This document shows positions 39,377 through 49,512 of a stretch of DNA of 64,000 bases, in pieces (the stretch's first letter is position 1; every line of letters begins with the position of its first letter). This DNA is from Flavobacteriaceae bacterium. GTDB lineage: Bacteria; Bacteroidota; Bacteroidia; Flavobacteriales; Flavobacteriaceae. The translations under genes were made by a program, and so were the position numbers. The notes beneath the pieces are model-generated. The model was not told the origin of the DNA and did not search any database. It saw only the letters and a list, made by a program, of their open reading frames with translations. The stretch is from positions 3,804-67,803 of the forward strand of contig JAQWNZ010000057.1 of NCBI GenBank assembly GCA_029246125.1, read 5' to 3'.

Positions 39377-40648
39377 TTACAATGAAGAAAAGGCATTTTC
39401 CAGATCCTCAATCAGATCATTTATATTTTCTAAACCTACAGAAAGACGGATTAAGTCTGGGGTAACACCAGTTGCCTTTTGGGCCTCCTCGTCCAATTGC
39501 TGGTGGGTGGTACTAGCAGGATGAATAATCAGTGATTTTGTATCGCCTATATTTGCTAAAAGAGCAAAGAGTTTTGTTTTATCAGCAACTACTTTTCCCC
39601 CTTCAAAACCTTTTTTAAGCCCAAAGGTTACTATTCCACTTTGACCCTTTGGTAAATACTTCTGAGCTAAATCATTATATTTTGAGGATTTAAGTCCTGG
39701 ATAATTTACCCAAGCAACTTCCTTGTTAGTTGAAAGCCAGGCGGCTAATTTAAGAGCATTTTCTGAATGCTTTTTCATTCTAATTTCCAAGGTTTCAATT
39801 CCTTGAATACTTTGAAAACTATTAAACGGACTAGGTGCACTTCCCAGGTCTCGTAACCCCTCAATACGAACCTTCGCAATAAAAGCAATTGCACCGAGGA
39901 CTTCATGATAATTCAACCCATGATAACTTGGATTGGGTTCTGTAAATTCAGGAAAATTACCATTCCCCCAATCAAAAGTACCTGCATCAATAATTACCCC
40001 CCCTAATGAAGTTCCATTTCCTGTCAGATATTTTGTCAAAGAATGAATTACAATATTTGCTCCATGTTCAATAGGATTTAATAATGCTGGTGAAGCAACT
40101 GTATTATCTACTACAAAAGGAACTTTTGCTGCTTTTGCCTGATCTGAAATCGCTTTTAAATCCAAGACGTCCAGTTTAGGATTCCCTAGAGACTCCGAAA
40201 AAAAGAGTCTTGTATTAGGCTGAATTGCTTTTCCGAAATTTTCAGCATTATCAGGATCTACAAAGGTTGTTGTTATTCCAAAACGCGGCAAGGTATTGGA
40301 CAATAAATTATAAGTGCCTCCATAAAGACTGCTTGAAGCTACAATATGGTCTCCCGTTTTAAGAATTACCATAAGTGTAGTTGCAATAGCTGCAGTTCCT
40401 GAAGCGGTTGCCACAGCTGCGACTCCTCCTTCCATTGCGGCTAGTCGCTGTTCTAATACGTCATTTGTCGGATTATTTAAACGAGTGTAAATGAATCCAG
40501 GTTCTGCTAAAGAAAAAAGATTAGCCGCATGTTCTGAATCATTAAATACATACGAAGTTGTTTGATAAATTGGAACTGCTTGAGTTCCTTGTGAATTTGA
40601 AGCATCATGACCTGCATGAAGTGCTTTAGTTGCGAGTTGATTACTCAT
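39377..40648 (-). CDS. metY: O-acetylhomoserine aminocarboxypropyltransferase (sulfhydrylase)
   Basis: Cys/Met-metabolism PLP enzyme with PLP-lysine context [20 protein letters not shown] motif. Confidence 0.9.
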   Translation of the reverse strand: MSNQLATKALHAGHDASNSQGTQAVPIYQTTSYVFNDSEHAANLFSLAEPGFIYTRLNNPTNDVLEQRLAAMEGGVAAVATASGTAAIATTLMVILKTGDHIVASSSLYGGTYNLLSNTLPRFGITTTFVDPDNAENFGKAIQPNTRLFFSESLGNPKLDVLDLKAISDQAKAAKVPFVVDNTVASPALLNPIEHGANIVIHSLTKYLTGNGTSLGGVIIDAGTFDWGNGNFPEFTEPNPSYHGLNYHEVLGAIAFIAKVRIEGLRDLGSAPSPFNSFQSIQGIETLEIRMKKHSENALKLAAWLSTNKEVAWVNYPGLKSSKYNDLAQKYLPKGQSGIVTFGLKKGFEGGKVVADKTKLFALLANIGDTKSLIIHPASTTHQQLDEEAQKATGVTPDLIRLSVGLENINDLIEDLENAFSSL

Positions 40649-41901
40649 AATTGAAATGATTTTTTAATTTTTAATATATAATCTAATTGTTCCCAGGTGA
40701 AAAGCGCTACTTCCTTCGACACTTTTCCGTTATACGGGGATTCAAACGTTTTGGTTACAGAGTGAGGCGTACGCCCCATATGACCGTAAGATGCTGTTTC
40801 TAAATACATTGGGTTTCTCAATTTTAATCGTTTTTCTATTGCATATGGGCGTAAATCAAATAACGATCTAGCTTTTTCAGCTATTTCTGCATCTGATAAA
40901 TTTACCTTTGCTGTTCCATTTGTATTTATATAAACAGAAGTTGGCTCAACTACTCCAATGGCATAACTTAACTGAACCAGCATTTCATCGGATACCCCTG
41001 CAGCAACTAAATTTTTTGCCATATGTCTTGAAGCATATGCGGCACTTCGATCTACCTTACTGGGATCTTTACCGCTAAAAGCCCCTCCACCATGGCCTCC
41101 TTTACCGCCGTAGGTATCAACTATAATCTTCCTCCCTGTCAATCCTGTATCCCCGTGCGGTCCTCCAATCACAAATTTTCCTGTAGGATTTACATGATAC
41201 TTAATATCGGATCCGAATAGTTTTTGAATCCGTGGCTCATATTTTGACAAAACACGTGGAATTAAAATTTTGACGATATCTGATTTAATTTTCTCTAACA
41301 TTTTATTTTCATCATGATCAAAGTCGTCGTGTTGAGTGGAGATAACTATTGTATCGATTCTCAACGCTTTGTTTTTATCGTCATATTCTATAGTGACTTG
41401 AGATTTTGAATCAGGACGTAAATAAGTAATGGCATCGTTTTCTCTTCTCAAGGCAGCAAGTTCAATTAAAATTTTGTGGGAAAGATCTAATGCTAATGGA
41501 ATATAGTTTTCAGTTTCATTAGAAGCATACCCAAACATGATTCCTTGATCACCTGCACCTTGAGCTTCTTTTTCCTCTCTTTCAACCCCTCGATTGATAT
41601 CTTGAGATTGTTCATGAATTAAAGAAATTACCCCGCAAGAATCTCCACTAAATTGATAAGCGCCTTTAGTGTATCCAATGCTATTGATTGTTTCTCGAGC
41701 AATAGATTGAACATCCAAGTAAGTTGAGCTCTTGACTTCACCTGCTAAGATTACTTGACCTGTAGTCACCATGCTCTCACAAGCCACCTTACTTTCAGGG
41801 TCAAATGCAAGAAAGTTGTCTAATAATGCGTCACTAATTTGGTCAGCAATTTTGTCTGGATGGCCTTCACTTACGGATTCTGATGTAAAAAAATATGACA
41901 T
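40645..41901 (-). CDS. metK: S-adenosylmethionine synthetase
   Basis: [30 protein letters not shown] and GGGAFSGKD motifs. The 49-codon N-terminal extension in the track ORF covers a promoter and a structured leader, so ATG 41901 is preferred. Confidence 0.95.
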   Translation of the reverse strand: MSYFFTSESVSEGHPDKIADQISDALLDNFLAFDPESKVACESMVTTGQVILAGEVKSSTYLDVQSIARETINSIGYTKGAYQFSGDSCGVISLIHEQSQDINRGVEREEKEAQGAGDQGIMFGYASNETENYIPLALDLSHKILIELAALRRENDAITYLRPDSKSQVTIEYDDKNKALRIDTIVISTQHDDFDHDENKMLEKIKSDIVKILIPRVLSKYEPRIQKLFGSDIKYHVNPTGKFVIGGPHGDTGLTGRKIIVDTYGGKGGHGGGAFSGKDPSKVDRSAAYASRHMAKNLVAAGVSDEMLVQLSYAIGVVEPTSVYINTNGTAKVNLSDAEIAEKARSLFDLRPYAIEKRLKLRNPMYLETASYGHMGRTPHSVTKTFESPYNGKVSKEVALFTWEQLDYILKIKKSFQL

Positions 41902-41904
41902 TAT

Positions 41905-42012
41905 TCTTAAGTTGCTTTTTTTGGGAAGGATTCTAACTGTGCGTTTTGATAAAAGCAACACTGTTTTAGCATTTTTTTTTCGAGGTTTGCAATCAGTCAA
42001 ATCCTTCCTCGT
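41905..42012 (-). ncRNA. structured metK leader: H-type pseudoknot, candidate SAM-responsive riboswitch (class not assigned)
   Basis: Minus strand: GGAAGGAUU (42008-42000) pairs with AAUCCUUCC (41932-41924). GUUGCUUUU (41959-41951), inside that loop, pairs with AAAAGCAAC (41919-41911), 9 nt upstream of the AUG. There is no match to the SAM-I core. Confidence 0.45.
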
Positions 42013-42021
42013 TACATATGG

Positions 42022-42050
42022 CAAAATTACATTTTTTTTTTTAATCACAA
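42022..42050 (-). promoter_or_regulatory. candidate promoter TTG-N18-TAATTTTG of the met operon
   Basis: Minus strand TTG (42050-42048) and TAATTTTG (42029-42022), immediately upstream of the structured leader. Confidence 0.5.
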
Positions 42051-42152
42051 AGTTTACTTAAAAAAAATGTTTTTATTCTTCTTTTAAAAAGAAGATTTCT
42101 TTTTTGTTATCAAAAAAGCAACTACTTTGCAATTGGACTTTTAAAACTAACT

Positions 42153-42767
42153 ATGCGTATTGCAATAGCTGGAAATATTGGAGCAGGAAAAACAAGCCTG
42201 ACTGAACTTGTTGCTAAACACTATAATTGGGAAGCTAATTTTGAAGACGTAATTGATAACCCCTATCTCGACGATTTCTATAACCACATGGAACGATGGT
42301 CATTTAACCTTCAAGTTTATTTTCTAAAAAGTAGATTTCAACAACTTTTATCTTTTAAAAACAATAAAAAAACTATAGTTCAGGATAGAACTATTTATGA
42401 AGATGCATACATTTTTGCTCCAAATCTAAATGCAATGGGGCTAATGAATCAGCGTGATTTTAAAAATTACCAAGAGCTTTTTAATTTAATTGAATCATTG
42501 ATTGAAGGCCCTGATTTGTTAATCTATCTTAGAAGTAGTATTTCAAATTTAGTTAGTAAAATTCACAAACGCGGAAGGGAATATGAAAATAGCATCAGCA
42601 TCGATTACCTAAGTAGATTAAATGAACGTTATGAAGCATGGATTAGTACTTACGACAAAAATAAAATGATTATAATCGATGTTAATGATATAGATTTTGT
42701 AGAAGATAAAAACGATTTCAATTCCGTTGTTGAGGAGATTGAAAAAGGCCTTAATAAAATCAAATAA
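42153..42767 (+). CDS. deoxynucleoside kinase
   Basis: P-loop GNIGAGKTS, DRTIYED (ERS/DRS-like) motif and R-rich lid KRGREYE, typical of dAK/dGK-family kinases. Confidence 0.85.
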   Translation: MRIAIAGNIGAGKTSLTELVAKHYNWEANFEDVIDNPYLDDFYNHMERWSFNLQVYFLKSRFQQLLSFKNNKKTIVQDRTIYEDAYIFAPNLNAMGLMNQRDFKNYQELFNLIESLIEGPDLLIYLRSSISNLVSKIHKRGREYENSISIDYLSRLNERYEAWISTYDKNKMIIIDVNDIDFVEDKNDFNSVVEEIEKGLNKIK

Positions 42768-42830
42768 AGAACATTAATAAACTAAACTTTTTTTCAAATC
42801 TATTTGATTAAATTATAATTAGCAGATTTT

Positions 42831-45146
42831 TTATAAGCTCTTCTGATGTGAGGACGATTCAATCTTCTCCTCTGAAAAAATAATTTCTTTAGCTATAATT
42901 CCTTTATGAGTGTTGTAATTGGTGATCATCATCCGAAGCTTATCTTTTTCTTCTTTATTTTCCTCAACTGTTAACTCAAATTTTAGAATTTCATTTTTCT
43001 GACCTTCACCATAAGTTTGTAATTCTACACTATCCATTGCTATACTAGGAGCAATTACCAAGGCAACAACCGACATTAATTTCAGTAGAATATTTAATGA
43101 GGGGCCAGAAGTATCTTTAAATGGATCACCAACAGTGTCACCAACCACTGCTGATTTGTGTGCATCTGTTCCTTTTTTGCCTTGTTCTTCAATCATTTTT
43201 TTAGCATTGTCCCAAGCACCACCCGCATTTGATTGGAAGATTGCCATAAGTACTCCACAAGTAGTTACTCCAGCAAGTAAACCCCCTAGCATTTCAGCTC
43301 CTCCAATAAATCCAACTGCAACAGGGACTACTATAGCAAGCACACCTGGAAGTACCATTTCTTTAATTGAAGCGGTAGTTGAAATTTCAACACATTTGTC
43401 ATATTCAGCAATTCCATCTGCTTTGTCAAATATTTTTCTGTCAGCTGCAGAAGCTTTTGACATATCAGAATCGTATTTAATCATCACGTCGAGGGCTGCT
43501 CTTAAGGCAGGAATATCCCTAAATTGTCGACGTACTTCTTCAATCATTGCCATAGCTGCTCTTCCAACTGCATTCATTGACAATGCTGAAAATACGAATG
43601 GTAGCATTCCACCAACCAATAATCCAGCCATAATTTTAGGCTGTGATACGTCAATAGCATTTACACCAGCAGTTTTCATAAATGCGGCAAACAATGCTAA
43701 AGCTGTTAACGCAGCTGAAGCAATTGCAAATCCTTTTCCAATGGCAGCTGTGGTATTACCAACAGCATCTAACTTATCTGTACGTTCACGAACTTCAGTT
43801 GGTAATTCTGCCATTTCAGCAATCCCCCCAGCATTGTCTGAAATTGGCCCGTAAGCATCAACAGCCAATTGAATCCCAGTGTTTGCTAGCATCCCTACAG
43901 CTGCAATTGCAATTCCATAAAGTCCCGCAAAATGGTGAGAAACAAGAATTGCTGCTGCAATTAAAATAATTGGAATTGCGGTAGACATCATTCCTACGCC
44001 TAAACCAGCTATAATATTTGTTGCTGCTCCTGTTTCAGACTGTTTTACAATTGAGTTCACAGGCTTTGTCCCTGTACCTGTATAATACTCTGTAACTTTT
44101 CCTACAGCTAATCCAGCAACAAGACCGGTAATAGTTGCATAAAAAACTCCCATATAACCAGAAGGCAATCCTTCTACATCCTCAGGAATGAATCCTTGAA
44201 TTAAAAAGAATGATGCTATAAGCATCAGACCTGCCGAACCAAATTCTCCCAAATTTAGTGCAGTATGCGGGGATCCACCTTCTTTTACACGGACAAAAAA
44301 AGTTCCTATAATTGACATAACAATTCCAACAGCAGCCAGAGCTAATGGTAGGTAAACAGCACCAAGACCATCAAATTTAGGGGTTACAATTAGTGCTCCT
44401 AATACCATAGTACCAATAATTGAACCTACATAAGACTCGAAAAGATCTGCTCCCATTCCAGCAACATCACCAACATTATCTCCAACATTATCTGCAATCG
44501 TTGCAGGATTCAAAGGATGATCTTCCGGAATACCTGCTTCTACTTTTCCCACAAGGTCAGCGCCCACATCCGCAGCCTTAGTGTAAATACCACCACCCAC
44601 ACGTGCAAATAATGCAATAGATGATGCACCTAGGGAAAATCCAGATAATACGTTAAGTACCTCCGTAATTTCCCAACCTTGACCACTGTAAATAGCGAAT
44701 AAACTACTTAAGCCTAAAACACCTAATCCAACAACACCTAACCCCATGACTGACCCTCCAGCAAAAGCAACTTCAAGTGCTTTGCCTAATGACTTTCTAG
44801 CAGCATTGGTAGTTCTTACATTTGCTTTAGTTGCTACTTTCATTCCAATAAATCCGGCAAGTGCAGAGCAAATTGCCCCTACTATGAAGGATACAGCTAC
44901 CATACCATTAGATCCAACTTCAGATTGGCCTTTAAAAAATAGTAGGACCGAGACTGCAACTACGAAAATGGATAATATTTTGTATTCAGCTTTTAAAAAA
45001 GACATAGCACCGTCTGATATATTATTTGCTATGCGAGCCATTTTCTCATTACCTACCTCTTGCTTAGAAACCCAGCTGTTTTTAAAAAAAACGAAAAGAA
45101 GAGCTAAAACTCCGAAACCAGGCAAAAATTTTATAATTAATTCCAT
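42831..45146 (-). CDS. hppA: membrane-bound pyrophosphate-energised cation pump (K+-dependent subfamily signature)
   Basis: About 16 TM segments. [26 protein letters not shown] and [16 protein letters not shown] (Ala, not Lys, at the K+-dependence position). About 75-aa hydrophilic C-terminal extension. Confidence 0.95.
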   Translation of the reverse strand: MELIIKFLPGFGVLALLFVFFKNSWVSKQEVGNEKMARIANNISDGAMSFLKAEYKILSIFVVAVSVLLFFKGQSEVGSNGMVAVSFIVGAICSALAGFIGMKVATKANVRTTNAARKSLGKALEVAFAGGSVMGLGVVGLGVLGLSSLFAIYSGQGWEITEVLNVLSGFSLGASSIALFARVGGGIYTKAADVGADLVGKVEAGIPEDHPLNPATIADNVGDNVGDVAGMGADLFESYVGSIIGTMVLGALIVTPKFDGLGAVYLPLALAAVGIVMSIIGTFFVRVKEGGSPHTALNLGEFGSAGLMLIASFFLIQGFIPEDVEGLPSGYMGVFYATITGLVAGLAVGKVTEYYTGTGTKPVNSIVKQSETGAATNIIAGLGVGMMSTAIPIILIAAAILVSHHFAGLYGIAIAAVGMLANTGIQLAVDAYGPISDNAGGIAEMAELPTEVRERTDKLDAVGNTTAAIGKGFAIASAALTALALFAAFMKTAGVNAIDVSQPKIMAGLLVGGMLPFVFSALSMNAVGRAAMAMIEEVRRQFRDIPALRAALDVMIKYDSDMSKASAADRKIFDKADGIAEYDKCVEISTTASIKEMVLPGVLAIVVPVAVGFIGGAEMLGGLLAGVTTCGVLMAIFQSNAGGAWDNAKKMIEEQGKKGTDAHKSAVVGDTVGDPFKDTSGPSLNILLKLMSVVALVIAPSIAMDSVELQTYGEGQKNEILKFELTVEENKEEKDKLRMMITNYNTHKGIIAKEIIFSEEKIESSSHQKSL

Positions 45147-45267
45147 TGAAATGTGATTAGTTTTTGATAATTAGTCGGTAAAAATAGTAAAAGAAAGCTG
45201 AATTCAACACCTATCTACTAATCTATTTAACTATTAATTATAAAGACTTATAACCCGTTATTAAAAT

Positions 45268-46245
45268 TTATTTGTACAGTACTTTTTTAATTGATTTCAC
45301 AACATCGCTAGAATTAGGCAACCATTCCTTTAAAAGGACAGGAGAATATGGCGCTGGGGTATCTGCTGTATTTATTTTTTCGATAGGCGCGTCTATGTAA
45401 TCAAAAATTTTACTCTGTACCTGATATGTGATATCTGTGGATATATTTCCAAAAGGCCATGATTCTTCAAGAATAACAAGTCGATTGGTTTTTTTAACAG
45501 ACTCAAAAATAGTATGATAATCCAATGGACGAATAGTTCTTAGATCTATAATTTCACATTCAATGTTTTCTTTTGCAAGAATTTCAGCTGCTTTTATGGC
45601 CTCTTTTAAGATTTTTCCAAAAGAGACTAAGGTCACGTCATTACCTGAACGTTTTACATCAGCAATTCCTATAGGCAAGGTATATTCTCCTTCTGGTACT
45701 TCTCCCTTATCACCATACATCTGCTCAGACTCCATAAAAATTACAGGGTCATCATCACGAATTGCAGATTTTAAAAGTCCTTTGGCATCATATGGATTGG
45801 AAGGCACTATAACTTTTAGCCCAGGACAATTCGCATACCAGCTTTCAAATGCTTGAGAGTGTGTAGCAGCTAGTTGCCCAGCTGAGCCAGTTGGTCCTCG
45901 AAAAACAATAGGACAAGGAAATTGTCCTCCTGACATTTGTCTAATCTTTGCTGCATTGTTAATAATTTGATCAATTCCTACAAGTGCGAAATTAAATGTC
46001 ATGTATTCTATTATAGGTCTGTTACCTGTCATTGTTGAGCCTACTCCAACTCCTGAAAATCCAGCTTCTGATATAGGAGTATCAATAACCCTTTTTTTTC
46101 CAAATTCTTCTAGCATTCCTTTCGAAGCTTTGTAAGCTCCATTATATTCAGCCACTTCTTCACCCATGAGATAGATTGACTGATCTCTTCGCATCTCTTC
46201 ACTCATTGCTTCGGCAATGGCTTGTCTAAATTGTATGGTCTTCAT
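45268..46245 (-). CDS. pdhB: pyruvate/2-oxoacid dehydrogenase E1 component beta subunit
   Basis: MKTIQFRQAIAEAMSEEM..., VIDTPISE, transketolase-like Pyr and C-terminal domains. ATG 46245 preferred over the track start 46278. Confidence 0.9.
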   Translation of the reverse strand: MKTIQFRQAIAEAMSEEMRRDQSIYLMGEEVAEYNGAYKASKGMLEEFGKKRVIDTPISEAGFSGVGVGSTMTGNRPIIEYMTFNFALVGIDQIINNAAKIRQMSGGQFPCPIVFRGPTGSAGQLAATHSQAFESWYANCPGLKVIVPSNPYDAKGLLKSAIRDDDPVIFMESEQMYGDKGEVPEGEYTLPIGIADVKRSGNDVTLVSFGKILKEAIKAAEILAKENIECEIIDLRTIRPLDYHTIFESVKKTNRLVILEESWPFGNISTDITYQVQSKIFDYIDAPIEKINTADTPAPYSPVLLKEWLPNSSDVVKSIKKVLYK

Positions 46246-46382
46246 CTGTAGATATAATTCAGGCGTAAATTTAATCAATAATTATCTATTTAATCGACTC
46301 AATAAAAAAGGAAAAAATTCGTTAAAAATAAATACTTTGCAATTTTCCTAAAACGAGAGTCAAATAGCATAAATTTGTTCTT

Positions 46383-46997
46383 ATGAATTTAATACAAATT
46401 ACAGTAAAAGGAATCTCTTACAGTGAAACACAAACAGGAGCCTATGCTCTTATTTTAAGTGAGACTGAAGGGGATAGAAAATTACCTGTTATTATTGGAG
46501 GCTTTGAAGCACAATCAATTGCTATAGCGCTGGAGAAAGAAGTAAAACCCAGTAGACCTCTTACTCATGATCTTTTTAAAAGTTTTGGAGAAAGATTTGA
46601 AATATTCGTTAAACAAGTCATTATTCATAAGCTAGTTGATGGAATTTTTTACGCCAGTATAATCTGTGAAAGGGATAAAATTGAAGAAATAATTGATTCC
46701 AGAACTTCTGATGCCATTGCGCTAGCACTAAGGTATAATGCACCAATTTATACATATGATTCCATTTTGAAAAAAGCTGGTTTTACCGCTGCAGTTTCTT
46801 CAGGAGAGAAAAAATTATCCGAAGATAATTGGATTCAAAACTTTGTGTCAGAACAAAAAAATATTACAGATCTTAAAGAGGATTTATCAAAGCTCTCTTT
46901 AAAAAAACTAAAAGATCTTTTAAGCAATTTGGTTCTTCAAGAAAATTACGAAAAAGCAGCAAGGGTAAGAGACGAGCTTTCCAAAAGAAAAAAATAA
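46383..46997 (+). CDS. bifunctional nuclease (DUF151/BFN) family protein with C-terminal UVR motif
   Basis: LPVIIGGFEAQSIAIAL...RPLTHDL...IDSRTSDAIALALR is the BFN signature. C-terminal ENYEKAARVRDEL is UvrB/C-like. Confidence 0.8.
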   Translation: MNLIQITVKGISYSETQTGAYALILSETEGDRKLPVIIGGFEAQSIAIALEKEVKPSRPLTHDLFKSFGERFEIFVKQVIIHKLVDGIFYASIICERDKIEEIIDSRTSDAIALALRYNAPIYTYDSILKKAGFTAAVSSGEKKLSEDNWIQNFVSEQKNITDLKEDLSKLSLKKLKDLLSNLVLQENYEKAARVRDELSKRKK

Positions 46998-47044
46998 CTC
47001 CCTTTGTTAATTTTTTATGAAAAATTTTTTTTGTAGACTAGTAC

Positions 47045-47071
47045 TTGTTCATTTAATTGAAAGTATTTTTG
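47045..47071 (+). promoter_or_regulatory. candidate promoter TTG-N16-TATTTTTG
   Basis: TTG at 47045-47047 and TATTTTTG at 47064-47071, 20 nt upstream of the thyA ATG. Confidence 0.35.
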
Positions 47072-47091
47072 ACTAAGAAAGCTTTAAAAGA

Positions 47092-47916
47092 ATGAAACAA
47101 TATTTAGATTTGCTTAAGCATATTAATGAAAATGGTGCAGAAAAAACTGATCGGACTGGAACGGGAACCAAAAGTGTTTTTGGATATCAAATGCGATTTA
47201 ATCTTTCAGAAGGATTCCCACTTGTCACAACTAAAAAAATTCATTTAAAGTCACTTATTCATGAACTTTTATGGTTTTTAAAGGGCTCTACTAATATTGA
47301 TTATCTTCAAGAAAATGGCGTTAGAATTTGGAATGAATGGGCAGATGCAAATGGAAATTTAGGTCCTATATATGGACATCAGTGGAGAAATTGGAATAAT
47401 GAAGGTATTGATCAAATCCAAGGTCTAATAGACACATTAAAATCGAACCCAGAAAGTCGAAGAATGCTAATATCAGCTTGGAATCCAAGCGTTCTTCCTG
47501 ACACTAATATGTCTTTTGCTGAAAATGTTAAAAATAAAAAGGCAGCACTTCCTCCTTGTCATGCATTTTTCCAATTTTATGTCTCTGACAACAAGCTTTC
47601 CTGCCAATTATATCAACGTAGCGCGGATGTTTTTTTAGGGGTGCCTTTTAATATTGGATCTTATTCACTTTTAACAATGATGGTTGCACAGGTATGCGAA
47701 TACGAACCAGGAGATTTTGTTCACACATTTGGAGACGTTCATATCTATTCTAATCATAAAGAACAAATCAAAGAACAGCTCTCACGTTCCCCGAAGACGT
47801 TACCAACTATGAAAATAAACCCTAATATCAAAAACATCTTTGATTTTACTTATGAAGATTTTGAGCTTCTCAATTATGAACCACATCCTTTAATCAAGGG
47901 AAAGGTTGCCATATAA
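47092..47916 (+). CDS. thyA: thymidylate synthase (ThyA type)
   Basis: DRTGTGT, catalytic Cys in [12 protein letters not shown], and [14 protein letters not shown]. Confidence 0.97.
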   Translation: MKQYLDLLKHINENGAEKTDRTGTGTKSVFGYQMRFNLSEGFPLVTTKKIHLKSLIHELLWFLKGSTNIDYLQENGVRIWNEWADANGNLGPIYGHQWRNWNNEGIDQIQGLIDTLKSNPESRRMLISAWNPSVLPDTNMSFAENVKNKKAALPPCHAFFQFYVSDNKLSCQLYQRSADVFLGVPFNIGSYSLLTMMVAQVCEYEPGDFVHTFGDVHIYSNHKEQIKEQLSRSPKTLPTMKINPNIKNIFDFTYEDFELLNYEPHPLIKGKVAI

Positions 47917-48954
47917 AATTTTAAATTCTTTTAGTGTTAAAATGAGTTTTTTAAGATCTTCATCAGTATTATAAAAGTGAAATGAAACACGAACTCCTTT
48001 ACCTCTTATTACACATCTTATATCTTTCTTTTGAAGAAACTTAAACAACAATTTTCCGCCTTTAATGTTATAAATCGAACTGTGATTTGATCTTTTTGAC
48101 ACCCAATCAGGTAGGAAACCAAGTTCATTTAGTTGAATTTTTGCTTTTTGACTTAATGCTGATTTTTTTTGAATCAATTTTTTAAAATCGTGCTGGTCTA
48201 ATTCCTTTATCGCAAAGTCTAAACTAGCAATGCCTAGAATACTAAAATGACCTTGAAAAAATCGGCCCCTCATTTTATTCAAACTTAAACCTAGCTTAGC
48301 TTCAAGAGATTCTGAAATCATTAATATACCATTGCCAAATCCAGCTAATAACCATTTGTAGCCACTCCCTACAACCATATCAAAAGGTGATTCGTCAAAA
48401 TGAAATTCATGGGCTCCTAAGAACTGTGTGCCATCACCAATTATAATCAAGTTAGGATAATCAATTTTTATGCGCTTTAAAAAATCTTGATCAATTAATA
48501 ATCCGGTTGTATACTGAACAATACTTAATGCCAAAATATCTATTGATTCTGATTTTAATTTATTCTCAATTGCTTTCTCTAAGTTCGCCTGCATATGAAT
48601 CATTGTAAAATTAAAATCTTGCTCTTTAAATGCAGAAGTCAAAGATGGATAATCTTCATCAATTACAATAACTTTCATAGCCTTGGAGAAAAATGAGAGA
48701 GCTATTCTAATTCCATAAGAAAAATTTGAAATCCCAAAGCTACGATCAGAGGATAGACCAAAAAAAGTGGCAAAATTTTGATGAATGGATTCCAACTTTT
48801 CATCAGCATCTTTCTTGTAATAATCCCCTCCCTCTAGAAGGTAGGCCTCTTCATGAATTCTTCTGAATTCATACAACTTAGAGGACATTAAACCTACATA
48901 GGCGGTATTGAGATAATTAGTATTTGTTAATAATGGAAATTGGTCTTTGTTCAT
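47890..48954 (-). CDS. aminotransferase class V-fold PLP-dependent enzyme (function unknown)
   Basis: [14 protein letters not shown] resembles the class V PLP-lysine motif (SxHKxxxGPxGxG). The 3' end overlaps the thyA 3' end by 27 nt. Confidence 0.65.
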   Translation of the reverse strand: MNKDQFPLLTNTNYLNTAYVGLMSSKLYEFRRIHEEAYLLEGGDYYKKDADEKLESIHQNFATFFGLSSDRSFGISNFSYGIRIALSFFSKAMKVIVIDEDYPSLTSAFKEQDFNFTMIHMQANLEKAIENKLKSESIDILALSIVQYTTGLLIDQDFLKRIKIDYPNLIIIGDGTQFLGAHEFHFDESPFDMVVGSGYKWLLAGFGNGILMISESLEAKLGLSLNKMRGRFFQGHFSILGIASLDFAIKELDQHDFKKLIQKKSALSQKAKIQLNELGFLPDWVSKRSNHSSIYNIKGGKLLFKFLQKKDIRCVIRGKGVRVSFHFYNTDEDLKKLILTLKEFKILYGNLSLD

Positions 48955-49002
48955 AGGTTTGCGATAAAGTGTATTTTAGTTCAAAAATAACCATTTAATA
49001 AA

Positions 49003-49512
49003 ATGAATGAATCAGAAGCTTCAAAAGAAATTACATTGATTGCCGCAGTATCAGAAAATAATGCTCTTGGAAAAAACAATCAATTGATTTGGCACCTTTC
49101 AGAGGACTTAAAGCGTTTTAAAAGACTTACTCAAGGCCATTCTATAATTATGGGAAGAAAAACTTTTGAATCCATGCCTAAAGCTCTACCAAATAGAAAA
49201 AATATTATTTTAACTAGAAATAAAGGCTATAAAGCACAAAATGCCTGGGTTGTACATACAATCGAAGAAGCCTTAAAATTAACAGAAGGAGATTCACAAC
49301 CATTTATTATTGGAGGTGGAGAAATTTATAAGCTTTTTCTGTATCATGCAGATAGTATTGAATTAACACGAGTACATGGAACTTTTGAAGCCGATATATT
49401 CTTTCCAGAAATTGATTATAAAAACTGGGAACTTGTTGAAGAAGAAAAACATTTAGGTTCAGAAAACCAGCCTTATGATTACTCGTATCTGAAATTTAAA
49501 AAAATTAAATAA
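49003..49512 (+). CDS. folA: dihydrofolate reductase
   Basis: LIAAVSENNALGKNNQLIWHL..DLKRFK..T.GH.IIMGRKTFES, then IIGGGEIY. Confidence 0.93.
   Translation: MNESEASKEITLIAAVSENNALGKNNQLIWHLSEDLKRFKRLTQGHSIIMGRKTFESMPKALPNRKNIILTRNKGYKAQNAWVVHTIEEALKLTEGDSQPFIIGGGEIYKLFLYHADSIELTRVHGTFEADIFFPEIDYKNWELVEEEKHLGSENQPYDYSYLKFKKIK

Noticed and set aside
41902-42048. 49-codon N-terminal extension of the metK ORF ([17 protein letters not shown]...)
   Set aside because: MetK family proteins begin at [17 protein letters not shown]. The extension contains a consensus promoter and the paired leader elements, and it is lysine/arginine-rich translation of A/T runs.
43135-43854. 239-aa ORF (and others at 43682-43969 and 44746-45156) antisense to the pyrophosphatase gene, unusually long for an AT-rich genome
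   Set aside because: It is out of phase with the hppA codons. It encodes low-complexity Ala/Ser/Pro/Ile-rich sequence, as expected for the complement of a Gly/Ala/Val/Ile-rich membrane-protein gene. It has no promoter box or independent motif, so it is a shadow ORF.
45147-45267. 121-nt gap between pdhB and hppA, checked for small RNAs, tRNA-like sequences or promoter boxes
   Set aside because: No TAnnTTTG box on the relevant strand, no stable helices and no ORF. hppA may be co-transcribed with pdhB or use a non-consensus promoter.
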